A stretch of DNA of 62,000 nt, taken from Lama guanicoe. Lineage: Eukaryota. The first letter of the stretch is position 1, and each line of letters begins with the position of its first letter. Where the stretch lies: positions 124,001 through 186,000 of the forward strand of contig MU054338.1 in the NCBI GenBank assembly GCA_013239625.1. Direction: 5' to 3'. Positions 48,201 to 59,184 of this stretch are shown here, piece after piece. The translations under genes and the position numbers were made by a program. The notes under the pieces were generated by a model. That model did no database searches, was not told where the DNA came from, and was given only the letters and a program-made list of their open reading frames with translations.

Positions 48201-48507
48201 GAGTCATGACAGATGCCCTGGGTGAGACGGGAGCTCCTGCTGTCTGGAGCCCCTGGCTGTGGGGAGCCAGGGGGCGGTCAGCATTTTTAGACACACACAG
48301 CACATGCCTCTGGCCTGGGCTTAGCTGGAGTCAGGGGCCAGGTGGGAGCAGGGAAGGCTTCCTGCAGGACGATGGGAGAAAGCAGGTTAAACGGGAGCAG
48401 GAAGAAGCCACAGGGAGGCTGGGTGAGGATTACGGGACAGCAAGTGTGTGGGGTGTGTGGAGGGGTCCTGCAAGGCTGCTACTCACACCCTCACCCTGCT
48501 GCCACAG

Positions 48508-48643
48508 GATAGAACAGCTGAGGCTGGTGCTGGGGCTCCACGTGCTGGGAGACCCCAGCCTTACCTACCGCATCAGGAAGGTTGTCAAGCACCCTGAGTA
48601 CAAGGAGGCCCCCAGTCTGCAGAATGACCTCGCGCTGCTTAAG
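48508..48643 (+). CDS. GZMM: GZMM exon 3, catalytic Asp
   Basis: CCACAG|G acceptor; IEQLRLVLGLHVLG...HPEYKEAPSLQNDLALLK; donor AAG|GTGCTG; 136 nt. Confidence 0.93.
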
Positions 48644-48783
48644 GTGCTGTCGGTGGGAGAAATGATAGTTCCTGACCTCCCCCTACTGTCTCTCCCAGAG
48701 GGGCTCCCTCCCCCACTGCTCCTCCCTCAGTGTGCCCCCCAGGGTCCCCTCCACAATCCACCTGCCCCTTCCTGTCCCCATAG

Positions 48784-49047
48784 CTGGATGGGAAGGTGAA
48801 GCCCAGCAGGACCATCCGGCCCCTGGCCTTGCCCCAAAGGCGCCAGGCAGTGGCAGCAGGAGCACGGTGCAGTGTGGCTGGCTGGGGCCTGACCCACCAG
48901 GGTGGGCAGCTGGCCAAAGCGCTGCAGGAATTGGATGTGCACGTGCTGGATGCCAGGATGTGCAACAACAGTCGTTTCTGGAACGGGGACATCACCCCCG
49001 ACATGATCTGCCTGGCGGCCAACGCTAAGAACCAGGCCCCCTGCAAG
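48784..49047 (+). CDS. GZMM: GZMM exon 4
   Basis: CCCCATAG|CTG acceptor; LDGKVKPSRTIRPLALP...CSVAGWGLTHQGG...MCNNSRFWNG...MICLAANAKNQAPCK; donor AAG|GTAAGG. Confidence 0.96.
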
Positions 49048-49550
49048 GTAAGGACATAAAGTGGGGTGGGGCAGGCAGCAGCCCTGGTGGGAGGCACGGG
49101 TCAGCGGCCAGGCAACTCCACAAGCCCCGACTCTCCCTTGGCCCTGGCTCTCTCCGTTCGCTGGGGGTCCTAAAAGTTGGCACTAGCACAAGCCCACTTC
49201 TCACATGCAGAAACTGAGGCACAGAGAGGTTAAGCAGCTTGCCTGTGGTCACACAGGCAAGAAGAGGCAGAGCGGAGGTTTGAACTCCAGCACCGAGGAA
49301 GATCATGGCATATACAGCACACGGCAGCTTGTGCAAAGGCCCTGCGGTGGGAAAGGAGCAAAGAGGGTTAAAGGGACAGGAAGGAAGGAGAGAGTGAAAG
49401 AGGTGGGGGGAGGGAGGGGCCGGGAGATAAGGGATAAGGCCTAACAGCCACAGGGCAGGGTCTCTGCCCTGGAATCAGCCTCGCGCCCCCAGGGATACTC
49501 AGGTCCCCCGGGAGCGGGCGGCGAAGGTGACCTGCGCTCCACCTCCGCAG

Positions 49551-49703
49551 GGGGACTCAGGCGGGCCTGTGGTATGCCGCAGAGGCCAGGTGGCTGGAAT
49601 CGTGTCGTTCAGCTCCAAGGTCTGCACCGACATCTTCAAGCCCTCCGTGGCCACCGCCGTGGCCCCCTATACTCCCTGGATCAAGAAGACCATCCGCCGC
49701 TAG
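49551..49703 (+). CDS. GZMM: GZMM exon 5 (last), catalytic Ser; below the ORF-track size cut-off
   Basis: CTCCGCAG|GGG acceptor; GDSGGPVVCRRGQVAGIVSFSSKVCTDIFKPSVATAVAPYTPWIKKTIRR*. Total 768 nt = 255 aa + stop. Confidence 0.95.
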   Translation, partial: GDSGGPVVCRRGQVAGIVSFSSKVCTDIFKPSVATAVAPYTPWIKKTIRR

Positions 49704-49809
49704 CAGTCCCCGCTTGGGCCTGACCTCCAGAGGGTGACCCGACTCCTGCGCTCCTGCGGGATTAAGGGGGCGAGGGGGCAGGCAGACAGGGGACGCATGT
49801 CAGAAGACC

Positions 49810-49815
49810 AATAAA
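49810..49815 (+). terminator. GZMM: GZMM polyadenylation signal
   Basis: AATAAA ~105 nt after the stop. Confidence 0.8.
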
Positions 49816-50069
49816 CTGTACTAAGGAAACCGTATGAGTCTATCCAGATTCCACCCCGCGTCCACCCGCGCTGGCGGTGCTCAGCCTGGGTTCCCCGCCG
49901 GTAACACAGCGGCCGCGCTTCTGAGGCTGCGCGGGCCGCTCAGCTCCGCGAGGGCGCCGGGCGACGGCAGGGGGCGGTGTTGGCCAGCGCTGGGTTCCGG
50001 AGCCAGCCACTCTCTCTCTCTCTTTTCTTTTTTTGGTTTCCTTTTTTACACTTTTCCTTTCTTCTTCTT

Positions 50070-50213
50070 TTTAATGTTTTTTAATGGAGGAGGAGAGGTA
50101 ATTTAAGATTTATACATTTGTTTTATTTTTCTTTAAACAGAGGTGCTGGGGATTGAACCCAAGACCTTGAGCATGAGAAGTGTGCCCTCTACCACTGAGC
50201 TACACCCTCCCCC
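50070..50213 (-). mobile_element. vic-1-like SINE
   Basis: GAGGTGCTGGGGATTGAACCCAAGACC...CTCTACCACTGAGCTACACCCTCCCC with a T-rich tail on the left. Confidence 0.8.
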
Positions 50214-50419
50214 ACCTGAAGCCAGACTCTGTCCGGCAGGGGGCGGGCCGGGCTCTGCGCCGCCGGGCGTGCGCGCAGGGTGCTGGGTGCTGGGCGGTGG
50301 GGAGGTAAGGACAACTGAAGGAAGCACCCTAGAGAATCCTCCTCTCTTATTTTATTTATTAATTTATTTAGATACTATGTGTAATGAGATATAATTCACA
50401 TGCCACCCTTTAAAAAAAT

Positions 50420-50507
50420 TATTTTTTTAATGGAAGTACTGGGGATTGAGCCCAGGATCTCCTGCATGCTAACCACGCGCTCTACCGCTTAGCTACACCC
50501 TCCCCCC
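50420..50507 (-). mobile_element. vic-1-like SINE (short)
   Basis: GTACTGGGGATTGAGCCCAGGATCTCCTGCATGCTAACCACGCGCTCTACCGCTTAGCTACACCCTCCCC. Confidence 0.8.
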
Positions 50508-50524
50508 AAAATTATTTCTAATAA

Positions 50525-52059
50525 CTGCTTTTTGCTTTATTCTGCATTTCACGTAACAGTCCCAAGCCCAACACGTGGTTTTTCTTTTCTGACTTTGTTA
50601 TTCTTTCAACAGACATTCTCCCAACAGCGTATGCAATGGGATCTTCACCTGGTGGGTCCTCGTTGACCCTCCAAGATCCTGGCTCTCCAGCAAGAGACCA
50701 TGGTCCTTCCTTTCCACTGCCCCCACGTCTGTCTGTGCTCGGCTCTGCCTTGGTCCCACACCCTTGAGATGTCTTCAGGACAGGAACGCCAAACATTTTA
50801 TGTGTCACCAATGAGTAAACGCGGCGGGGGGCTCCTGGGAACCTCGGATGGAGGGTAAGAAGGTGGGCGCCTCTGGGTTCCCTCACAAAGAATGCTGCAC
50901 TCGATTGGCCACGCCCACTAGATAGACTCTTCTGGAGAGGGGGTGCGGGGAGAAGGGGTCCCACGCTGGCCACGGATGTGCACTGCATCCTTGCCTTAGG
51001 GGGTTCAGCTTCGCCGGCTGCGCTGTCTCACGGGCCAGGTGGCCAAGGAGGCAGTCTGAAAGTGCGTAAGCCCCAAGCGAGAGGGAGCTTGGAGGGACAG
51101 CCCCTGTGGGGCCCCGCAGGGGTCCACGTGCTGCAGGCCACGCTGGCATTACCTCCTTGACCTCTGGAGTTGGGCTTGTCCAAAGAGTTGGACGCCACTC
51201 AGAAATAACCGTAGTCGCTGGATAAACTTTCAAGAATGTCCAGTCCAAACTCAAGAGGTTTATCTTCCATGTGCTACCGAGAAATTAAGATAGAGGTAAA
51301 GGACGGTCTGACTTTAATCAAGTTCCAAAGTGAGGGCTCACTGCTTTGACAAGCAGGTTCCTATGGTGGTTGGGGTGGGGGNNNNNNNNNNNNNNNNNNN
51401 NNNNNNNNNNNNNNNNNNNNNNNNNNNNNNNNNTGGGGGTAGGGGTGGGGGTTGGGGTAAGGGTGGTGGTTGGGGTGGGGGTGGGGGGGTGGGGTATAGC
51501 TTAAGTGGCAGAGCAGACGCTCAGCAGGCACAGGGTCCTGAGTTCAATCCCCAGTGCCACCTCTAAAACTAAATAAACCTAATTACCTACCCCTCAAAAA
51601 ACAAACCACTTGAAAGAAAGAGAGAGAGAAAGGAAGAAAAGCAGCGTCTTGGAAGAAGACGCCAGGGTGTGAGTAAAAGAATGTTTCCAGAAAACACAGA
51701 AGGCACCAACATGAACCTACTGCGCCGTCGGCTCTCCTCCACGCCTCTCCACATCCTGAGAGGGGAGGCTGCGTCGTCCAGCCGGCTCTGCGAGGCCACC
51801 GTGCCCCGTGGGCACGTCCAGGTGTCTGTTCCAGTCCTCCACTCTCTCCTTGGGGTTTTGGATGCTCTTCAAGCCCCTTTCCGTTTTGCTGGGTCTTCTC
51901 AAGGCTGCCTGAGTCGGGGCTCTCGTCTTCATTCTTTCTGCTCCTTCCTGTTCCGGGAGCTTCACCTCATCTTTCTCCTTTTCCTTCCTCCACTTCAGCC
52001 GAGCCGTGCGATGCCTTTTAACTTTCGGGACCCTCCTGGACCTGCTCATAGGCGCCCAT
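50525..52059 (-). pseudogene. FAM32A: Processed pseudogene of FAM32A: decayed CDS 52059-51769 plus probable 3-prime UTR
   Basis: Across frameshifts the minus strand reads MGAYEQVQEGP / KLKGIARLG / KEKEKDEVKL / GRSRKNEDE / PTQAA / EKTQ / ASKT / KERVEDWNRHLD / GWT, collinear with recalled FAM32A (MEAYEQVQKGPLKLKGVAELG...TPAQAAFEKMQ...KQRVEDFNRHLD...SWTK). No introns; AATAAA on - at 50541-50536. The UTR extent is inferred. Confidence 0.85.
51488..51640 (+). mobile_element. vic-1-like SINE inside the retrocopy, preceded by a G-rich tract and N gap
   Basis: GGGGTATAGCTTAAGTGGCAGAGC...GTCCTGAGTTCAATCCCCAGT...AAATAAACCTAATTACCT plus an A-rich tail. Confidence 0.8.
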
Positions 52060-52061
52060 TT

Positions 52062-52570
52062 CACAAGTCACTGTTTTAAAAAGTGAACAAGTCAGTGGTT
52101 TTCAGTACATTCACAGGGCTGTGTAACCATCACCTCTGTCTAGTTCCAGAACCTCCCATCACCCCTAAAGGAAGCCCCACCCCCATGAGAAGTCACCCCA
52201 GCCCCTGACAGCCAGGAACCCCATCTCTGTGTCTGTGCACTGGCCTGTTCTGGGCGTTTCACATCCATGGACTCACACACTGTGTGTCCTTCTGTGTCCG
52301 CTTCTCTCACTGAGCATCGTGCTCTCAGGGTCCATCCATGTGGTGGCAAATGTCAGGGCTGCTCTCCTGTTCACGGCTGAGTGATGCTCCTGTGTGTGGA
52401 GGGACACACGTGGATCTGTCCACCTGTCAGTGGACACTTGGGTTACTTCCACTCTGGCTGCTGCAGACCTGCGTGCACAAGCGTGTGTTTTCGGTTCTCC
52501 CAAGTGTGAGAGATTGCTGGGCCAGGTGGTGACTCCATTTTTAGCAGTTTTAGGAGCTGCTGTTTTCCAG
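52062..52570 (-). mobile_element. L1MB-like 3-prime fragment, copy B
   Basis: Shares the core CCCCTGACAGCCAGG...TGGCCTGTTCTGG...CACATCCATGGACTCACACACTGTGTGTCC with copies A, C and D. Confidence 0.75.
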
Positions 52571-53489
52571 CAGAATCTCTTGATTTGATTAGGAAAATGC
52601 TCAAACATACAGCCAAGCTGAAATCATGGCACACGGAACAGCCAGGTGCCCACTGTGCAGGCTCTGCTATGAGCAGCTTCGTCCACATTCAGTCCATCCC
52701 TCTGTCCACTGGGCTCCGTTCCTGGTGTATTTCACAGGAGGCCGAAGACTCCAGGCAGGTCTGCAGAGGCCGCAGTGTAGGGCCAGGGCTGGGACTGCGG
52801 CTTTATTTAGAGCCCTGTGTCTCCCACCATCTCACTCACAAGGCAAAGTGCAGACATCTAACTCAGGAATGTGCTGTTGCGACAGCAACAGATGTGTGTA
52901 ATCCAAGCCCCGAGGATCCACACCAGTGACCCCTCAGCCCCACGCAGTTGGTCTTGTCTTAAACTGAGTTTTTGCATAGTGACTACTGCCCAGGGACTGT
53001 TAGTGAAAGGGATAGAAGGCCACCCAGGGGAAGACAGTGCCCCTGACCCCGCCATCACCCATGAAAACATTTTCCCTTAGAAGCAACTGTCACCAGTGTC
53101 TCTCGTCCTCACCCAAGGGCGTTCTGAGCAGGAAAGGCTGCAGGCCCTCCACCCAGGCCTTGGACCAGCTCCTGGCCTCCCCTTCACACATCTCCTCCGC
53201 GGTCCCACCCGCCACCCGGCCCGCACCCAAGGGTGTATCTGGGCTGCAGGCCCAGAAGTGGAGTTTGCCCATCAAATCCAAGTGCTTTTCCCTGTTTGGC
53301 GATACAGCAGAATTTCTTGTCTGCTGAGCACCGACTGAATGCCAGGCCTCCCAGGAAGCACCGGGCTGCATTGGAAAACTCTCCCCTTCTTTATTTCAGA
53401 GCAAGAGCGAGGAGGGGGAGGGAGGGAGACTGCGCACAGTCTGTCTCTCTCCTTTTTCTGTTTTTCTAATTGCTAAAGGTTCTTTATCT

Positions 53490-53757
53490 TTTTAAAATTT
53501 TTAACTTTTATTATTTTTTAATTGAAGCATAGTCAGTTTATAATGTTGTATCAGTTTCTGCCGTACAGTGTAATCTTTCAGTCATATATGTACATATGTA
53601 TATTCCTTTTCACTTTCTTTTATCCTTTTTTAAAATAGAGTTCATTTTTTTATTTGTCTTGTTTTGCTTGTTCGTTTTTTGACAGAGATACTGGGGACCG
53701 AACCCAGGACCTCGTGCATGCTAAGCATGTGCTCTGCCACTGAGCTGTCCCCTCCCC
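53490..53757 (-). mobile_element. Short L1 3-prime end (~53490-53625) followed by a vic-1-like SINE (~53645-53757)
   Basis: TTTTAATTGAAGCATAGTCAGTTTATAATGTTGTATCAGTTTCTG; then GATACTGGGGACCGAACCCAGGACCTCGTGCATGCTAAGCATG. Confidence 0.75.
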
Positions 53758-53769
53758 TCTACCCGCAGT

Positions 53770-54570
53770 GGAGATTTTTCCCCAGTGTTTCTCTCATGAC
53801 TGGATAACCCATCACAAGACTGATGGGGCTGGGACAGGCAGGTGCCTTGTTAACCTTTTAACACTGTTTACTGAGGTGTCACTTGTGTACTGGACACACC
53901 CGGGCCACAGCAGCCCTGTGACGTCCCACAGAGCAAACGGGGATCCGAGTCTGTGGTTGGTCTTTGTGCTGCCCTGGCACAGAACTCCCAGACCCTCCCA
54001 GTGTCCTCAGTGCTGAGAGAGGCCAGGGATCAGCTGCTGCTCCCCACACGCCCCCTTCAGTCACACGAGTCTGTCGGTGACGGGGAGGGATGGGGCTGGA
54101 GGCCAGGGAGACCCTCTCAGGCCCACCCGCCGGCCTCTGGGAAGGGAGGGGACGGCAGACCCGGAAATTCTGGAACTAAGAGATCTGATGAGCTCAGGTC
54201 GTCCACGAGAATCCCCACGCCGGGAGGGTGGCACATCCCACCCCACGAGGACAGGGCCTCTGAACCCCGCCCTACAAGTGTCTTCCTCTGTTCCTCGGTC
54301 AGGACTCCAATAAACTCATGTAACTGCTTCCCTGGATTCTATGAGCTGCTCCCGAAAACTGATTGAACCCAAGGAGGAAGGCTGTGGGAGTCCCGATTTA
54401 CAGCCGGTTGATCAGAAGCTCCAGTGACCCCTGGACTTGGGACCAGTGTCCGAGGTGGGAGCAGTACTGTGGGGCTGGGACCCTGCGCTGTGGGGTTGGG
54501 CCTGAGTTCACTCCACAGGACACGGCCGGCCAGAGAGCCGCCTGTGTTGCTGGTAAACTCCCCCCTCCCA
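53770..54570. mobile_element. Probable old ERV LTR (MER21/MER77-like)
   Basis: GGGAGGGTGGCACATCCC...CAATAAAC...TTCCCTGGATTCTATGAGCTGCTC...ACTGATTGAACCCAAGGAGG...CGATTTACAGCCGGTTGATCAGAAG resembles recalled MER21-group LTRs. Confidence 0.45.
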
Positions 54571-54994
54571 GAGCCTTGTAACCAGCGCCCAGAGGGACAG
54601 ACAGACCAGGAGTGCCCCGCCCAGTGCCCTCCCCAACACGGTTCCCACCGACGGTCCCCAGCCCCTGAGCTGGGTCCTGGGGTGCTGTGACCCTCTGCCT
54701 CTTCCCCAGCCTTTCGTGGGTGCACTGTCCAGCCGGCAGAAAGGCTGGGGGACCCAGTGGAGAACAAGTGTCCCTCCCACTGCCAGGGCCCATGGTCAGC
54801 ACAGGTCTGCCCTGCCTGCGCCAGGAACTCGGGGCTGAAGGCGGTGAAGTGAGTTGTGACCCTCACCCTGTGTCACCTGCCCCTCATCCCAGAATGAGGT
54901 CCCCCCTCTCTGTCCCCCAACGAGGACTTCACCACAACCCCCCAGGGTGCCTGGAATTCCGCTCAAATTCTGATTCCCCTGCACTTAAAAAAAT

Positions 54995-55430
54995 CTTTTA
55001 AAAGTTGTGGCAAAATTCACTTAACATACTATTTGCCCACGTAAAGTGAGCAACTCAGTGGCATTTAGTACAATCACGATGTGCCACCATCATCTCTAAT
55101 TCCAAACATTCCATCAGCCCAAAAGGAGGGCCCGTCTCCACCAGCAGTCACTCCCAATCTTCCCCAGCCCCTGACAGCCAGGAACCCCCTCCCTGTGTCT
55201 GGGGACTGGCCTGTTCTGGACGCCTCACATCCATGGACTCACACACTGTGTGTCCTCCTGTGTCTGCTTCTCTCACTGAGCATCGTGTTCTCGGGGTCAG
55301 TCCACGTGGGAGCGGGTGTCAGGGCTGCTCTCCTGCTCATGGCTGAGTGACGTTCCCGTGTGTGGAGGGACCGTGTGGTGTTCATCCATTTATCCGTCAG
55401 TGGATGTTGGGGTGTTTCCACCTTCTGCCT
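54995..55430 (-). mobile_element. L1MB-like 3-prime fragment, copy C
   Basis: Same shared core as copies A, B and D. Confidence 0.75.
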
Positions 55431-55519
55431 ACCCCAGCTGGCCACTGCTCTCCTGCAGCTCAGCTCCAGTTCCACCAGCCCTGTGGCCCCTGCACTCATT
55501 CTGCCAGAAGCCGAAGTGG

Positions 55520-55667
55520 GTTTTTTTGTTTGTTTTTAAAAATTTTTTTTATTTTTTGGTGGGGGGAGGTAACTAGGTTTATTTATTTATTTATTCTTAG
55601 CGGAGGTACTGGGGACCTCATGCATGCTGAGCGCACGCTCTGCAACTTGAGCTATACCCTTCCCCCC
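55520..55667 (-). mobile_element. vic-1-like SINE with B-box deletion
   Basis: GGGGGAGGTAACTAGGTTTATTTATTT...GAGGTACTGGGGACCTCATGCATGCTGAGC...GAGCTATACCCTTCCCC. Confidence 0.75.
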
Positions 55668-56349
55668 AGTTTTTATGGACCTTTGACGTCCTCCAGTGAG
55701 ACCCTGATTTGGGGGCTGGCCGGGGCCTGGGTAGCTCCAACTGGTTGGAGATCAGTGGAGGCCCGGCTGTGGTTCGCAGTGCTGGAGCCACCCTGGGGAA
55801 GGAAGCTTATCTCTCCTCCCAGCTGTTCCTTCCTGGGGCCCCACCCTACCCGCAGGGGAGCGGGAGCCTGCGCAGCTTAAAGTGACAGAGGGAGCCAGCA
55901 GCGGGAGATGCTGGTGGACTCAGGGCACCCCAGGTAGCGTCAAAGGGCACAACCAGGTGGCGTGGCTGGGCTGGGCGGGCTGCTCTGGTCTCTGCCGGTT
56001 TCAGCTGGATGGCCATGGAGGGGGAAGGGGCTGTGCACTGAAGGAGTCTCCGGAACAGGGCCCATTGACCCGGCCGCTCAGAACAGCTGGATCCTGTCCC
56101 AGAGTGATGGCCGCAGGAGCAGCAGGGCTGCTGAATGCCCCACAGGCCGACTGGCCCTGGGACCTAGGAAAGGCATGCCCACAAAGGCTGAGGTCGAAGC
56201 GTCGGGAGATGTACCGGAGGGTGCAGAACCAAGATTAATTTACAGGGACACTGGGGTGAGGCCTCAGCTGCCACCCGTTCTGTCAGATCTTAGGGGAGAA
56301 GGTGGGTGCCCCTTCTCACCCCCAAACAGTTCTGGAAAAAAACTGTGAG

Positions 56350-56420
56350 CGGGAGAGACAAGGGGAGACACAGAGACAGAGACACAGACAGAGAGACAGA
56401 GATAGGGAGGCAGAGAGGGC
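56350..56420. repeat. (GAGACA)n-like simple repeat
   Basis: Direct reading. Confidence 0.8.
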
Positions 56421-56994
56421 GCCCGCGTGGCCCACATGCCCAGCTGGGCATCCAGGCGAAGGGGGTTACTGTCCACACGACTTCCCTGTAGAGCCAAGGG
56501 CTTCTCAAAACAAAAGGTAGAGGAAGAAAGACCCCTCCTGTTCTTCCGCTCAGACAAGACGTCAGCAAACCGGGTGAGGGACCCTTAGCCTCCAGGAAAC
56601 TGCAGACGCTCACCACCCAAGATGTCCAGGGAGGGTTTCCGTCTGACAACCCCCCGGGTGCTGGTGACACTGCATGTAACAGTATAGCTGCGGTGCAGGG
56701 GCAGAATCTTCCAGATTCTGCAGTCAGCACAGCGAACCCACCCCGGACGGGGGAGAGGCTGGGCCATCCTCGTGGGACTCGGGATGGCGGGGGTGCCGGG
56801 GTGACCCTCTGCCACTTTCTGGGGTGAACACAAGTGGACTGAGGAGACGCCCAAGGAGGTGAGAGCACGGCTAGGCTGTGAACCCCGCCCTGGGCGTGTC
56901 TGCCTGTGAAGCCGGTGCCAGGTGGGTGGGTGGCTCCGGGTCCTCCCCACCCCACCTGCCTAAGCACCTCCAGCTCAAAGAACCGGCCACCGTG

Positions 56995-57390
56995 TCCGCT
57001 TGTCCCACTCTAGGGCGGCTGCCGCAAAGCACCGGAAACTGGGCTCCTTACACAGAAGAACCATGTCCTTAAGGTGCTGGAGGCTACACATTAGAGACCA
57101 GAGTGTGGGCAGGGCCTTGCTCCTTCCGGAGGCTCCAGGGGAGGGTCCCCCTGCCTCTTCCAGCTTCTGGGGGCTCCAGGCATCCCTGGGCTTGTGGCTG
57201 CCTCCCTCCCACCTCTGCCTCCGTCTTCATGTGGTTTCTCCTCGGTGTTTGTCTCTCCGCTTCTGTCTCTTCTAAGAACTCTGTCATTGGATTCGTCTTC
57301 ATGGACTACGACCACATCTCAAGGTCTGTAAAGCAGCTGCAGCTGCAGAGACCTCTTCTCCATGTAAGGTCCCATTCACAGGTCTGATAC
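56995..57390 (-). mobile_element. MaLR solo LTR (MLT1-like)
   Basis: TCCGGAGGCTCCAGGGGAGGGTCCCCCTGCCTCTTCCAGCTTCTGGGGGCTCCAGGCATCCCTGGGCTTGTGG, homologous to 28045-28440. Confidence 0.75.
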
Positions 57391-59184
57391 CAGCCAGAGA
57401 ACCCACTGCACCATTCCATCCCCGCCCAGGTCCACGCTCCTCGTGCCCTAGACCCACAACACACGTCAGACAAGGAGGACCCTCCCTCCCTCCCTCGCTG
57501 AGATCCCTGCCAGGGCTCCCTAGTGCCCTGAGGGCAAAATCTACACTCTCACTGCCAGTCACCACCTGGGGAGCAGCTGGATTTCAAAACTCCCTCTCAG
57601 AAAAATGCACATAAAAAACTAAGCTGGAACATTTTAGCGATGGACAGATGGGTGGGACAGAGCATGAAAATTCCATGCCCTCTCCTCTCCCCTTGTCTGT
57701 GAACTTGCAAGGTTTTAGAACAAAAAGTAGAGAGCAAACAAATCAAAACAGACACCCTACGACGGGACAGCGGCTGGTGTCCTGAGCGCGAGGCCCCGAG
57801 ACAGGACGGCTGGGGACTGTGTGGCATGGGAAAAGCACGCCAGGTGCAACCACAGCCCAGGCAAGGGCTGGGGGCAGGGAACAAGGCCAGCGAGGCTGGA
57901 GCTAAACCCCAGGGTAGAGGGAGGGCCTGAGGCCCCAGGGGTCAGCGGGTCCAGGCCTGGGGCTGCAGGAAGAATTTGGCTTTTGCTTTGAGAGCTGCTC
58001 CTTCCCTTTCTTGTGGGGCTGCCAAGCTGGAACCATGCCTTCCCTGCCCATCAGTATGAGGAACTCAGGGCCCCTCCCGGGAGCCTGCAGGCCTCCTCCA
58101 GTGGGGCAGGGTGGGGCGGGAAGACCCCGTGAAGATCTTGACTCACCCACAGCCCCCAGCTGAGGGCAGATGGGAAGCACCACCCAGCCCAGGCCCTGCT
58201 GTCTGTCTCTGCCCGCAGGCCCTGCGGACAGTGAGCCAGCAGGGAGCCTGGGATGCCCGTGAGCTCATGGAGAGTGAGTCATGCGGTAAGTGGAGCCGCC
58301 GAGGGTGACTGGCCCCGCTGCTCTCCGCAGCCAGGGTCAGAGGTGCCAGGCAGAGTACAGGACTGCAGGCCGGCCAGTGAGATCTGAACTTCTGAGGTAC
58401 AACAGGCGATTTCAGCAGATGTATATGCCAGATACCACGTGGGACACGCTTATACTAAATCATGACTGATTTTTTAACAACGTGAAATCCACGTGTAACT
58501 GGGTGTCCTGTGTTGTGGTCGGCTATGTCCAGCCACCCTGGAGGGGGTGATCCTGGAAGGCCTCTTCTTGACAGACGGGCACAGGACTCTCCTGCCCCGG
58601 AGTGGGGCCATGGAGTGAGCAGGGGCAGCGAAGGCTTTCCAGGGAGGGCACTGGACTACTGGTCTTCAAGGAGGCACAGCGTTGTTTTGTAAACACAGAC
58701 AAAGGCTTCTTGCAGCCCTAATATTTCCCACGAGATCAGTCCCCAGCCCAGCTCTGGGAGGGCAGGGGGCGTGGAGTTCCGCCCAGGCCGGGAGGTGCTC
58801 TAAAGCCAGCTGGCTGGCTGCCTCCCTCATTCCGCACGTAGCCTTCCCACCCCACTGGGTGCAGCCTAGCAGAGCCTCACCGCCCCAGGCTGGGGCTCCG
58901 AAGTAGGCTGGGAGGCTCCTAGGCCCTGCGAGCAGGTCTCCGAGGGTGGAGCCCTCCCAAAGCTCACAGCCTCCTTGTCAGTGAGTCCTGGCCCGTCTGC
59001 CACATCTTTCCAGCCTTTGCCCCCAGCGTCCCCGCAGCTGACAGACTGTTCTCAGACTTACAGCTCACACCTTCCCTGGCTGCTACTCCCTCCTCATTCA
59101 CATGTCACCTCCAATGGCATCACATCCAAGAGGCCACCTGACCCTTGATCTACAGCAGTGCCCCCTGACCCACATCACCTCATT

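Noticed and set aside
51717..52064. 115-aa charged ORF as a novel gene
   Set aside because: A chimeric frame of the frameshifted FAM32A retrocopy.
52940..53460. Unique-looking sequence that might be a second retrocopy
   Set aside because: I could not match any frame to a known protein; a BLAST search is needed, so it is left uncalled.
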